The notes: generated by a model not told the origin, from the sequence alone. DNA of 64,000 nt from Rhizobium sp. Q54 (GCA_945947575.1 CAMEYM010000019.1:578-64577); one strand, 5' to 3'. Counted from the stretch's first letter, positions 1 to 8,915 are shown. Program-made: numbers and translations.

Positions 1-654
1 CATGCCTTCGAGCAGCACGCGCTGGGCGTACAGCTCGTTGAACACGCAGTGCAGGGCGCGCTCGGTGACGTCGCGCGCGTACTCGATCGAGTGGGTGCCG
101 TCCATCAGCACCTCGGGCTCGACGATCGGCACGAGGCCGGCGTCCTGCGCCAGCTTGGCGTAGCGGGCCAGCGCGTGGGCGTTGACGTGGATGGCGTAGT
201 CGGTCGGCGTCTTGTTCTTCTCGTCGGGCGTGATGACGGCGCGCCACTTGGTGAACTTGGCGCCGAGCTTGGCGTACTCGGCGAGACGCTCGGCGAGGCC
301 GTCGAGGCCCTCGGTGATGGTCTCGGTGGGCGAGCCCGGCAGCGGCTTGACGCCGGCGTCGACCTTGATGCCCGGCAGGATGTTCTGGTCGTTCAGGATC
401 TTGACGAACGGCACGCCCGCCTTGGTGCTCTGGCGGATCGTCTCGTCATAGAGAATGGTGCCTGAGATGTATTCGCCGAGGCGCGGCGTGGTGAACAGCA
501 TCTCGCGGTAGGCCTGGCGGTTCTCGACCGTCGGGTCGATCTTCAACTTCCCCAGCCGCTTGTTCGCCGTGCTGTTGCTTTCGTCAGCGGCGAGAATTCC
601 CCGTCCGCCTTCGACCATCTTGCGGGCAATCGCCTCCAAATCGGCTGCAGCCAT
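1..654 (-). CDS. fba: fructose-bisphosphate aldolase class I (C-terminus beyond window edge)
   Basis: Minus-strand translation from ATG (complement 652-654) reads MAAADLEAIARKMVEGGRGILAADESNSTANKRLGKLKIDPTVENRQAYREMLFTTPRLGEYISGTILYDETIRQ... Class I aldolase signature ILAADES. Runs off the window at position 1, so it is missing from the ORF track. Confidence 0.8.
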   Translation of the reverse strand, partial: MAAADLEAIARKMVEGGRGILAADESNSTANKRLGKLKIDPTVENRQAYREMLFTTPRLGEYISGTILYDETIRQSTKAGVPFVKILNDQNILPGIKVDAGVKPLPGSPTETITEGLDGLAERLAEYAKLGAKFTKWRAVITPDEKNKTPTDYAIHVNAHALARYAKLAQDAGLVPIVEPEVLMDGTHSIEYARDVTERALHCVFNELYAQRVLLEGM

Positions 655-991
655 AGTCCCCTCGTTCCTCTCCAGTGTTGGTTAAGGGTTCTGCCCGCGG
701 GCACCCGCCCGTGCGAACCCTTGTTTTCTGCTCCTGACGGGAACGTTCCGGTCGGTATTAAGGCCGCAGGCCTCTCCCCGGAACCCCGAGGGTCATTCAC
801 TAGCCCCTCCGGTGGGGGCTTTTCAAGCGCGCCCGCCCGCGACCCGTCGGCGCGGCGGCGCCTCCTGTGGTTTGAAGGTTTCCGCCTAACCTTGTGTAGA
901 AGCTTGCAAATCGCGGGCTGAGCAGGAAGACTCGCCGCGCTAGGTGGGGTCAGGGGCCTCGCGCGGGGGCGGCGCGCGGTAGGCACGGGGT

Positions 992-1564
992 ATGGCGGAT
1001 ACCAATTTCGAGATCTATTACCGCAAAAAGGGCTCCGATCGCTGGATGATGGATTCCCGCTACGGGACCACCAGCAAGCAAGAAGCCCTCGACGACGCCA
1101 AGGAGCTGGAGCGCCAGCCCGATATCGACGCGGTTCGCGTCGTCCGCGAAATTCATGACCAGGAGTCGGGCAACACCCGCGACACAGTCATCTATACGTC
1201 GTCCAAGCTCAAGAATAAGGGCGGGGGCGGCGATGGCGGGCCCAAGCGCGGCCATGACGACGATGACGACGACGACGGTCCCTCGCCGCCGCCGCCGCGC
1301 CGTGCCGCGCCCATGCGTGCGGCGCCCGTTGCCGCTGCGTCCGCCGCCGACGAGGACGAGGACGAAGAAGAGGAAGCCCCCAAGAAGAGCTGGTTCAAGC
1401 GCGGTACCAAAGCCGCTGCTGCCGACGGCGAGGCGGCCACGCCGGTGGCGGGCTCGAACTCGACGCGCGGCTACAAGGTCGTGGGCAAGTTCATCATGAT
1501 CGTGTTCGTCAGCTTCGGCATCGCCACGGCGACGACCGTCATCTATCAGAACTTCCTCATTTGA
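992..1564 (+). CDS. hypothetical protein with acidic/Gly-Pro low-complexity linker and C-terminal transmembrane anchor
   Basis: 190-aa ORF with GC-rich third positions. Structured N-terminal ~65 aa, then GGGGDGG, DDDDDDD, PPPP and EDEDEEEE tracts, then a single C-terminal hydrophobic helix (FIMIVFVSFGIATATTVIY). No family recognised with certainty. Confidence 0.55.
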   Translation: MADTNFEIYYRKKGSDRWMMDSRYGTTSKQEALDDAKELERQPDIDAVRVVREIHDQESGNTRDTVIYTSSKLKNKGGGGDGGPKRGHDDDDDDDGPSPPPPRRAAPMRAAPVAAASAADEDEDEEEEAPKKSWFKRGTKAAAADGEAATPVAGSNSTRGYKVVGKFIMIVFVSFGIATATTVIYQNFLI

Positions 1565-1619
1565 ACGCGGGTTGCCGCGCCGCGATGGGTGCCATGTCCG
1601 GCGCACGAGAGATGCAGCG

Positions 1620-2882
1620 ATGAGCGGCGGCGTAGTCTTCGTTGTCACGTTCCTGGCGTCGGTGGTGTTCCTTTCCTACGTCTTCATCTCGCGCCACGAG
1701 GTGTTGGCGTTGCGCGACATGCTGTTCGAGAACCCCGAGGAAATCGCGCTGAAGGAGAAGGCGCGCGAGATGGCCGCCGAGAAGCTCGCGCAGCAGAAGG
1801 CCGCCGCCCAGGCCGCCAAGGAAGCTGCGAAGCAACGCAAGAAGCAGACCCCCGAGGAGGAGGTCGCCGCGCAGATCGCCGCGGCCGCCGAAGCGGCCGC
1901 GGAAGAAGCGCCGCCGGAAGAGGAACAGACCGAAGAAGAAGCGGAAGGCGAGGACGAGACACCCGTCGACGAGAACGCCGAGGGCTTCCGCCAGGCCAAG
2001 GTCAACATCATGAAGTTCCTAGAATCATCTCTCGCCGGGATGATGAAGGAGGGCTTCAAGCTCGACGGCATCTCAAAGTTCGGCTGCCACCTGTTCCTGG
2101 CCGGCGCCTCCGAGACCCTCGGCCGATCGAGCAAGCTCGGCGAGAAGGAGTTCGTGAAGATTCTCGAGACGTGCGTCGGCGTGCTGGGCAGCGGCCCCGA
2201 AATCGCCAAGAAGTTCGGCGAGAAGTACGAGGAATACCTGCTCGAGCCGAACTACGCGAAGATGTTCCGCTCCGGCGGCGCCGCCATGGAGAACTTCCTG
2301 GCCGGCAAGGGCGGCGACCTCGGCAAGGCCCTCAACGCCGCCGTCGAGGAGTTCCGCAATCCCACCGAGAAGAAGGGCGGCGGTCCGGTCGCCGTCATGT
2401 TCACCGACATCGTCGGCTCGACCAAGCTGACGCAGACCCTCGGCGACGCCGGCGCGCAGAAGCTCGTGCACCTGCACAACACCGTGGTGCGCAACGCGCT
2501 CCGCGAATTCCGCGGCACCGAGGTCAAGCACACCGGCGACGGCATCATGGCGAGCTTCACGTCGTGCCCCGAAGCGGTCGGCGCCGGCGTCGCCATCCAG
2601 CGCGTGCTCAACCAGCACCGCGCCAAGGATCCGAGCATCCTGTTGCACCTGCGTGTCGGCATCAACGCCGGCGAGCCGATCGCCGAGAACGGCGACCTGT
2701 TCGGCACCACCGTGCAGCTCGCCGCGCGCATCTGCGACAAGGCCAGCACCGACGGCGTCTACGTCTCCCAAGTGGTCAAAGACCTGTCCCAAGGCAGCGG
2801 CGCCTTCGAGAACAAAGGCACCTTCGAGATGAAGGGCGTGCAGGAAGCCCAGGTCCTCTACAACGTCGTCATCCCGGGCTGA
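1620..2882 (+). CDS. class III adenylate/guanylate cyclase with N-terminal TM helix and acidic coiled-coil linker
   Basis: C-terminal cyclase homology domain motifs: VAVMFTDIVGSTKL, GDGIMASF, GINAGEPIAENGDLFGTTVQLAARI. N-terminal TM segment VVFVVTFLASVVFLSYVFI. Start taken at ATG 1620; the ORF-track start at 1572 is an alternative. Confidence 0.8.
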   Translation: MSGGVVFVVTFLASVVFLSYVFISRHEVLALRDMLFENPEEIALKEKAREMAAEKLAQQKAAAQAAKEAAKQRKKQTPEEEVAAQIAAAAEAAAEEAPPEEEQTEEEAEGEDETPVDENAEGFRQAKVNIMKFLESSLAGMMKEGFKLDGISKFGCHLFLAGASETLGRSSKLGEKEFVKILETCVGVLGSGPEIAKKFGEKYEEYLLEPNYAKMFRSGGAAMENFLAGKGGDLGKALNAAVEEFRNPTEKKGGGPVAVMFTDIVGSTKLTQTLGDAGAQKLVHLHNTVVRNALREFRGTEVKHTGDGIMASFTSCPEAVGAGVAIQRVLNQHRAKDPSILLHLRVGINAGEPIAENGDLFGTTVQLAARICDKASTDGVYVSQVVKDLSQGSGAFENKGTFEMKGVQEAQVLYNVVIPG

Positions 2883-2894
2883 CGGCGAGGCTCT

Positions 2895-4385
2895 CTAGCG
2901 CGACGGCACCGCGACCGCGTACAGCACCTTGCCGGGATTCATGATCCCCAGCGGATCGATCGCCCGCTTAACCGCGCGCATCACGTCCATCTCGACCGCG
3001 GGCTTGTAGAGGAGCAGGTCGTCGCGCTTGGCCTGGCCGATGCCGTGCTCGGCGCTGATGCTGCCGCCCGCAGCGATCGCAAGATCGTGGACGATGCGCG
3101 CCAGGCGATCCCATTCGCTCAGGAACTTCTGCGGGTCCATGCCGGTGGGCTGCGACAGGTTGTAGTGGATGTTGCCGTCGCCCAGATGCCCGAACGCGCA
3201 CACGCGCACGCCCGCCAGCGCCTGGGTCACCGCCGCCTCGGCGGCGCGCATGAACGCTTCGGCGCGCGTCGGCGGAATCGAGATGTCGTGCTTGATGCTG
3301 CCGCCTTCGGCGGTCTGCGCCTGCGGGATGGTCTCGCGTAAGCGCCACATCGCCTGCGCCTGCGCCGCGCTCTGCGCCACCGCCGCGTCCGCGGCAACGC
3401 CCTGCTCCAGCAGCGCGGCCAGCGCCGTCTCGACCATCGTGCCCAACGCGTCGCCGGCGCCGCCCTCGCATTCGACCAGCAGCACCCACGGATGCAGATC
3501 GGCGAACGGCGGCTTGGTCCCGCGCACATGGCGCATGACGAACTCGAGGGCGCGCGCAGAGATGATTTCGCACGCGCTCAAGCGGTCGCCGCTCGCCGCG
3601 CGCAAGCTCGCCATGACGCGCAGCGCGCTCGTCACGTCATTGACCGCGACCAGCGCGGTGACGCGCTGCTCCGGCAGCGGGAACAGCCGCAGCACCGCCG
3701 CCGTGATGATGCCGAGCGTCCCCTCGCTGCCGATCAGCAACTGCTTGAGGTCATAGCCGGTGTTGTCCTTCATCAGGCCGCGCAAGCCGTCCCACACGCG
3801 CCCGTCCGGCAGCACCGCCTCCAGGCCGAGCGTCAGCGCGCGCGCCGTGCCGTAGCGCAGCACCTGCAGCCCGCCCGCATTGGTGGCGAGGTTGCCGCCG
3901 ATTTGGCAGCTACCTTCCGCCCCCAGGCTCAGCGGAAACAACAGTCCCGCTTCCTCCGCCGCGCGCTGCACCGAGGCCAGCACGCAGCCCGCCTCGACGG
4001 TGATGGTGGCCGCATCGCGGTCCAGGCCCCGCACCCGGTTCATGCGCCCGAGGTTGACCAGCACCGCGTCGCCCTCCGGCGAGGGGGTAGCCCCGCCGAC
4101 CAGGCCGGTGTTGCCGCCCTGGGGCACGATGGCGGTGCGCGTCTCGGCGCACACCCGCACGATCGCCGCCACCGCTTGCGTCGAATCCGGCAGCAGCAGC
4201 AACGGCGTCGCGCCCTGGTAGCGCCGCCGCCAGTCGAGCAGGTGCGGCGCCAGCCGCGCCGGATCGGCGCTCCAGCCGCCCGGGCCGGCGGCGGCCTTCA
4301 GCCGCTCCAGCACCGAATCCGGAATACGCCCGATTGCCTGCACTGCCCCGCTTGCCGTAGAGGATGGATGTCCCGTCGTCGTCAT
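2895..4385 (-). CDS. FAD-linked oxidase (GlcD / D-lactate / D-2-hydroxyacid dehydrogenase family)
   Basis: FAD-binding PCMH-type domain motifs (PQGGNTGLVGGATP, GLDRDAATITVEAGCVLASVQ) and C-terminal FAD-oxidase_C domain (HLGDGNIHYN, AEHGIGQAKRD). Start chosen at MTTTGHPSS; the ORF extends to 4448 as an alternative. Confidence 0.8.
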   Translation of the reverse strand: MTTTGHPSSTASGAVQAIGRIPDSVLERLKAAAGPGGWSADPARLAPHLLDWRRRYQGATPLLLLPDSTQAVAAIVRVCAETRTAIVPQGGNTGLVGGATPSPEGDAVLVNLGRMNRVRGLDRDAATITVEAGCVLASVQRAAEEAGLLFPLSLGAEGSCQIGGNLATNAGGLQVLRYGTARALTLGLEAVLPDGRVWDGLRGLMKDNTGYDLKQLLIGSEGTLGIITAAVLRLFPLPEQRVTALVAVNDVTSALRVMASLRAASGDRLSACEIISARALEFVMRHVRGTKPPFADLHPWVLLVECEGGAGDALGTMVETALAALLEQGVAADAAVAQSAAQAQAMWRLRETIPQAQTAEGGSIKHDISIPPTRAEAFMRAAEAAVTQALAGVRVCAFGHLGDGNIHYNLSQPTGMDPQKFLSEWDRLARIVHDLAIAAGGSISAEHGIGQAKRDDLLLYKPAVEMDVMRAVKRAIDPLGIMNPGKVLYAVAVPSR

Positions 4386-4459
4386 GAGCCGCCGGCTGCC
4401 TTTTCGGCTACCTTCGACCCATTGGCGCCACCGTTCAAGAGCGGCCAACCCTTCGTGAG

Positions 4460-4817
4460 CGACAAGCCCATGCGGCCCACGGCCCTCGTTCTATCGATCC
4501 TGCTCGCCGCCTCCGCGGGCTGTGCCGGCCAGCAGCGCGCCGACGTGTTGGGCGAACGCGGGCCGATCGCCGTCGTCGGCACTTTGCGCTGCCTGCCGGT
4601 GCGCCCCAACGCGCCCGCCACCGGATGTGTGCTCGGCCTCGAAGACGACTCGGCGCGTTATTACCGCCTGCAGGAAAGCCTGCTCCTCGCCGATCGTCCG
4701 CTCACCGCCACCGACCAGAACGCGCGCGTCGCCATCGCCGGCACGTTCACACCGGGCGGCGACGATCGCTTCGCCGTCATCGGCACCATCGCCATCGCGT
4801 CGCTCGCGCGCATCTAG
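4460..4817 (+). CDS. small secreted protein / putative lipoprotein, hypothetical
   Basis: MRPTALVLSILLAASAGCAG signal peptide ending in a Cys (imperfect lipobox). 119 aa with normal codon bias. It is the only coherent part of the long antisense-looking ORF 3492-4817. Confidence 0.5.
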
Positions 4818-4851
4818 CGGCTCGCCGCGCGTCGCGCCGTAAGCGCGCCGA

Positions 4852-5802
4852 TCAAGATGGGCGCGCGCTCGCGCGCCGCAAGCGGTCATTGATCGCGGCG
4901 CCCAAGCCTTCTTCTGGGATCGGCACCACGGCAATCGTCTCGACGCCAGCGTCGTCGAGCGTGCGCAGCGCTGCGTACAGATTCGCTGCCGCCTCGCCAA
5001 GATCGCCCCGCTCGCTCAAGCTGATCGCCGTCTTGGCGCCGCGCAGCGCGTTCGCACCGAAGTTCAGCACGCCCTCCTTCGCGGAGACGCTGATCGCATT
5101 CATCCGCACGCGCGCGCGCGGCGCGTAGTGGCTGGCGAGCTGTCCGGGAGATTGCGGCCGCGCCGCATCCGCCCCTGTGGCGAGCGCGCGCCCCAGCGCC
5201 CGCTCGATGTCCGCCGCCGCGATGCCGCCCGGCCGCAACAGCCGCGCGCCGCCGTCCAGCGCCACCACCGTGCTTTCGATCCCCACCCGGGACGGTCCGC
5301 CGTCGAGCACCCGGTCGGCGAGCCCAGCCGCCACGTGTTCCGCTCGCGTCGGGCTGACTCGTCCGGACGGATTGGCGCTCGGCGCCGCCAGCGGGCGCCC
5401 CGTCGCACGCAACAGTGCCAGCGCCACGGGATGATCGGGGATGCGCAGCGCGACCGTGTCGAGGCCGGCGGTGACCGCCGCCGCGATGCGTGCGCCCGCG
5501 CGCTTGCGCAGCACCAGGGTCAGCGACCCCGGCCAGAACGTGCGCGCCAGCAGCCGTGCCGCGTCGTCGAATTCGGCCAGCGCTTCCGCCTCGGCGAGCG
5601 TCGCGACATGCACGATCAGCGGATTGTGCGCCGGCCGCCCCTTGGCGCGGTACAGCGCCGCGATGGCCTCGTCGTTGCCGGCATCGGCGCCGAGCCCGTA
5701 CACGGTCTCGGTCGGGAACGCGACCAGCTTGCCCGCGCGCAGCAGCCTCGCCGCCTCGGTGATCGCGGCATCGCTCGCCGCGACGATTCGGCTGGCGCTC
5801 AC
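4852..5802 (-). CDS. tsaC: L-threonylcarbamoyladenylate synthase (Sua5/YwlC long form)
   Basis: YrdC domain motifs (KLVAFPTETVYGLGADA, KGRPAHNPLIVHV, AAPSANPSGRVSPT) plus Sua5 C-terminal domain. GTG start at complement 5800-5802 preceded by GAGG; it overlaps the stop of the upstream gene. Confidence 0.85.
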   Translation of the reverse strand: MSASRIVAASDAAITEAARLLRAGKLVAFPTETVYGLGADAGNDEAIAALYRAKGRPAHNPLIVHVATLAEAEALAEFDDAARLLARTFWPGSLTLVLRKRAGARIAAAVTAGLDTVALRIPDHPVALALLRATGRPLAAPSANPSGRVSPTRAEHVAAGLADRVLDGGPSRVGIESTVVALDGGARLLRPGGIAAADIERALGRALATGADAARPQSPGQLASHYAPRARVRMNAISVSAKEGVLNFGANALRGAKTAISLSERGDLGEAAANLYAALRTLDDAGVETIAVVPIPEEGLGAAINDRLRRASARPS

Positions 5803-6491
5803 CCGACCTCGGCCTCGCACACCAGCGCGCCGGCCGAGCTGACGCAGCGCACCGCCGCGATCCGGCCGCCCTCCTCGCGCACCAGCACGTCGACGCCGTC
5901 GTCCCAGAACAGCGGCGACTGGAAGCGTGCCGTGAGCGTGAATGCGCCACTCGCCGCACCGGCGGCGCGGCATGCCTCCAGCGCCCACGTCACCGTCATC
6001 AGCGCGTTGGCGACCGGAGCGCGCAGGCCGTTGCGCACGGCAAAGGCCGGGTCGAAGTGCAGGCGACTGTTGGCCTCTTCGCTATACGCTTGCACCTTCG
6101 TCGCGTTCAGCAGCCTGCGCGCCACGAGCTTGTGCCCGGCGCGCGGATCGCCCCGGAACGCCGGTGCGTCGCGCAGCCAGCTCGGCTCGGCGACGAGCGT
6201 CGTCGCCGTCGCCGCTGCCACGACGGCGCCGTCGCGGCCCAGGAAGTCGAACACGGCGCGCGCCTTCTCGCCCCCCGGCGTCTGCTCGACGTGCTCGACC
6301 TTGGCGCGCACGCCGAGTTTCTCGTCCACCGCGAACGGCGTGTGGACCTGGATGCGCTGCTCGAGGTGGATGAGCTTGTCGGGGGCGCGCACCTTGCTCT
6401 TGCGGATCGCCATCATGCAGTCGATGCCGAGCAATGAGGCGTCGGCGGTCGCCCCCAAAGGACCGGGGTCCACGTCGCACGCCGCCAGCAT
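5799..6491 (-). CDS. MaoC-like (R)-specific enoyl-CoA hydratase/dehydratase, double hot-dog fold
   Basis: C-terminal half carries the MaoC motif N..H.D..FA...G...IA.G (SEEANSRLHFDPAFAVRNGLRAPVANALMT). Its stop overlaps the tsaC start. The ORF-track version extends to 6686, but that N-terminus is encoded by the repeat element at 6622-6680, so an internal Met near 6490 is preferred. Start is uncertain. Confidence 0.6.
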   Translation of the reverse strand: MLAACDVDPGPLGATADASLLGIDCMMAIRKSKVRAPDKLIHLEQRIQVHTPFAVDEKLGVRAKVEHVEQTPGGEKARAVFDFLGRDGAVVAAATATTLVAEPSWLRDAPAFRGDPRAGHKLVARRLLNATKVQAYSEEANSRLHFDPAFAVRNGLRAPVANALMTVTWALEACRAAGAASGAFTLTARFQSPLFWDDGVDVLVREEGGRIAAVRCVSSAGALVCEAEVG

Positions 6492-6621
6492 GCGGCGCTG
6501 GCGCGCCTTGCTGACGGTCGCGTCGGCAATCGTCAGCGACGTGCCGGCCACGGTCGGCAGGTCGGCGGCGCCTCGTCGGGTATCGGGGGTTGCGGCCAAG
6601 CGGCGGACTCTAGCGACAGAG

Positions 6622-6680
6622 ACCCTCTCCCTTCTAGGGGGAGGGTAGGGTGTAGCCTCCCCGAACGCGGTGCCGCGCGC
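6622..6680. repeat. REP/MITE-like hairpin repeat, copy 1 (CCCTCTCCC-ttcta-GGGGGAGGG followed by gggtgtagcctccccgaacgcggtgccgc)
   Basis: Homologous to the copies at 8398-8452 and 8850-8910. Lies in the fadD upstream region. Confidence 0.7.
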
Positions 6681-6706
6681 TACCATGGGCGCGGAGGGGG
6701 CCGACA

Positions 6707-8395
6707 GTGACTGAGCACGCGTGGCTGAAGAAGTATCCGCCGTCGATCCGCTGGGATGCCGACATCCCGTGCCGGCCGCTCACCGACGTGCTGTTCGAGT
6801 CGGCCAAGCGCTTCCCCACCAACCCTTGCCTCGACTTCCTCGGCCGCCGTTACACCTACGCCGACGTGGCGCTGCTGGTGGACAAGGCCGCCAAGGGCTT
6901 CCAGCGCCTGGGCGTCAAGAAGGGCACCCGCGTCGGGCTGTTCCTGCCGAACTCGCCGCACTCGGTGATCGCGTATTACGGCGCGTTGCGCGCCGGCGCC
7001 ACCGTCGTCAACTACAGCCCGCTTTACGCCGAGCCGCAGCTGCGCCACCAGGTGGAGGACTCGGGCACCGAGATCATGGTGACCCTCGACCTCGCACTGC
7101 TCTATCCGAAGGTCGTCGGAATGGTCGGCAACACCGCGCTCAAGCGCCTGGTGGTCGGCACGCTGCCCGAGGTGCTGCCGTTCCCGAAAAGCCTGCTCTA
7201 TCCCATCGTCAAGCGCCGCGAGATCTGGCGCGGTCCGCGTGACCCGAACGATGTCTCCTTCGCCGACCTGATCGACAACGACGGCAAGCCCGATCCGGTC
7301 GCCATCGACCCCAAGCAAGATGTCGCGGTACTGCAGTACACGGGCGGCACTACTGGCGTGCCCAAGGGCGCCATGCTCACCCACGCCAACCTGTTCGCCA
7401 ACGCGCACCAGGCCATGCTGTGGCTGGAGGGCGTGCAGTGGGGCAAGGAGAAGATGCTGGGCGCGCTGCCGTTCTTCCACGTCTTCGCCATGACCGTGGT
7501 GATGAACCTCGCGCTGTACATCGGCGGCGAGATCATCCTGCATCCGCGCTTCGTCTTGGACGACGTGCTCAAGGACATCCACAAGAAGCGGCCGACGCTG
7601 GTGCCGGGCGTGCCGACGATGTTCTCCGCCATAAACGGCTCGCCCAAGGTGAAGGACCTCGACCTCAAGTCGATCAAGTTCTGCATCTCCGGCGGCGCGC
7701 CGCTGCCCGTCGAAGTGAAGGCGCGCTTCGAGGCGCTCACCGGCTGCAAGCTGGTCGAAGGCTACGGCCTCACCGAGTGCGCCCCAGTCGCCAGCTGCAA
7801 TCCGCTCTACGGCGTCAACAAGCCGGGCTCGATCGGCCAGCCCCTGCCCGGCACCACCATCGTCATCACCGACCGCGACGACCCGCGCAAGATCCTCGGC
7901 CCCGGCCAGCGCGGCGAGATCTGCATCTCCGGCCCCCAGGTCATGCCGGGGTACTGGCGGCGCCCGCAGGAGACGGCAGCGCAGATCGTCGATGGGCGCC
8001 TGCGCACCGGCGACATCGGCACCATCGACGAGGAGGGCTACGTCTTCCTCATCGACCGCATCAAGGACTTGATCCTGGTCGGCGGCTTCAACGTCTATCC
8101 GCGCAACGTCGAGGAGGTCATCTATCAACACGCCGCCGTTGCCGAGTGCACCGTGGTCGGCGTCCCCGACGAGCGCCTCGGCCAGTCGGTGAAGGCGTTC
8201 GTGCGCTGCAAGGACGGCGCATCGCTCGATGCGACCGAGCTGATGGACTACCTGCGCACTCGTATCGGCAAGCACGAGCTCCCGCGCGAGATCGAGTTCC
8301 GCGCCCAGCTCCCCAAAACCATGGTCGGCAAGCTATCGAAGAAAGAGCTGGTCGAAGAAGAACTCGCCAAGTTCCAAGCCCGCGCCACCGCCTAG
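6707..8395 (+). CDS. fadD: long-chain-fatty-acid--CoA ligase (AMP-dependent synthetase/ligase)
   Basis: AMP-binding signature LQYTGGTTGVPKGAMLTH, ligase motifs GYGLTE and TGDIGTIDEEGYVFLIDRIKDLI. GTG start at 6707 with GGAGGGGG RBS. Confidence 0.9.
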   Translation: MTEHAWLKKYPPSIRWDADIPCRPLTDVLFESAKRFPTNPCLDFLGRRYTYADVALLVDKAAKGFQRLGVKKGTRVGLFLPNSPHSVIAYYGALRAGATVVNYSPLYAEPQLRHQVEDSGTEIMVTLDLALLYPKVVGMVGNTALKRLVVGTLPEVLPFPKSLLYPIVKRREIWRGPRDPNDVSFADLIDNDGKPDPVAIDPKQDVAVLQYTGGTTGVPKGAMLTHANLFANAHQAMLWLEGVQWGKEKMLGALPFFHVFAMTVVMNLALYIGGEIILHPRFVLDDVLKDIHKKRPTLVPGVPTMFSAINGSPKVKDLDLKSIKFCISGGAPLPVEVKARFEALTGCKLVEGYGLTECAPVASCNPLYGVNKPGSIGQPLPGTTIVITDRDDPRKILGPGQRGEICISGPQVMPGYWRRPQETAAQIVDGRLRTGDIGTIDEEGYVFLIDRIKDLILVGGFNVYPRNVEEVIYQHAAVAECTVVGVPDERLGQSVKAFVRCKDGASLDATELMDYLRTRIGKHELPREIEFRAQLPKTMVGKLSKKELVEEELAKFQARATA

Positions 8396-8397
8396 AA

Positions 8398-8452
8398 CCC
8401 TCCCCCTTCCAGGGGGAGGTCAGGGTGGGGATAGCATCAACGAGCACGGTGC
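8398..8452. repeat. REP/MITE-like hairpin repeat, copy 2 (CCCTCCCCC-ttcca-GGGGGAGG + cagggtggggatagcatcaacgagcacggtgc)
   Basis: Sits immediately upstream of the DUF559 start codon. A direct repeat of 8850-8910 with about 75% identity. Confidence 0.75.
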
Positions 8453-8457
8453 CGACG

Positions 8458-8823
8458 ATGCCCCAAGACCCCCGCACCTTCGTCGCCCAAGACCTGCGCC
8501 ACAGCATGACGGACGCCGAGCGCCGTTTGTGGAGTCGTCTGCGCGACTCGCAACTCGGCGTTCGCTTCCGCCGCCAAGAACCGATCGGCACCTACATCGT
8601 CGACTTCGTCGCTCGCCGCGCGCGTCTCATCATCGAATTGGACGGCGGCCAGCACTCCGCGGAAATCGACACCGCGCGCACGGCCTTCCTCGAGAGTCGC
8701 GGCTTCCGCGTCGTGCGTTTCTGGAACAACGAAGTGCTGCAGAACCAAGAGGGCGTTCTGTGCGTCATCCAAGACGCACTGAATTCGCCCCACGCATCCC
8801 CACCCCCACCCTCCCCCCCCTGA
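8458..8823 (+). CDS. DUF559 (Vsr-like / PD-(D/E)XK) endonuclease-domain protein
   Basis: Characteristic DUF559 sequence: MTDAERRLWSRLRDSQLGVRFRRQEPIGTYIVDFVARRARLIIELDGGQHS....GFRVVRFWNNEV. The C-terminal PPPPSPP tail and the stop codon lie inside the hairpin repeat at 8809-8833. Confidence 0.8.
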   Translation: MPQDPRTFVAQDLRHSMTDAERRLWSRLRDSQLGVRFRRQEPIGTYIVDFVARRARLIIELDGGQHSAEIDTARTAFLESRGFRVVRFWNNEVLQNQEGVLCVIQDALNSPHASPPPPSPP

Positions 8824-8833
8824 AAGGGGGAGG
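8809..8833. repeat. partial hairpin repeat CCCTCCCCCCCC-tgaaa-GGGGGAGGG containing the DUF559 stop codon in its loop
   Basis: Perfect 9-bp inverted repeat. The TGA stop of the DUF559 gene is the loop sequence. Confidence 0.7.
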
Positions 8834-8849
8834 GAGCTACCGGTGCTCG

Positions 8850-8910
8850 AACCCTCCCCCTTTTAGGGGCAGCGCAGGATGGGGATAGCCTGAGTGAGCA
8901 CGGTGCTCGC
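8850..8910. repeat. REP/MITE-like hairpin repeat, copy 3 (CCCTCCCCC-tttta-GGGGcag + gcaggatggggatagcctgagtgagcacggtgc)
   Basis: Direct repeat of copy 2. Together they bracket the DUF559 gene. Confidence 0.75.
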
Positions 8911-8915
8911 TGCTT

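Noticed and set aside
3492-4817. 441-aa plus-strand ORF overlapping the GlcD-like gene
   Set aside because: Arg/Ala/His-rich antisense translation of the minus-strand FAD-oxidase gene. Only its last about 119 codons (4460-4817, with a signal peptide) look like a real gene.
5128-6648. 506-aa plus-strand ORF
   Set aside because: Antisense to tsaC and the MaoC-like gene. Extreme Arg/Pro/Ser composition typical of high-GC shadow ORFs.
6680-8275. 531-aa minus-strand ORF
   Set aside because: Antisense to fadD. Composition dominated by Ala/Asp/Leu/Gly runs. fadD has strong motif support.
7420-8457. N-terminal 346 aa of the 467-aa ORF 7420-8823
   Set aside because: Out-of-frame overlap of fadD with an Arg-rich shadow translation. 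Only the DUF559 portion downstream of ATG 8458 is real.
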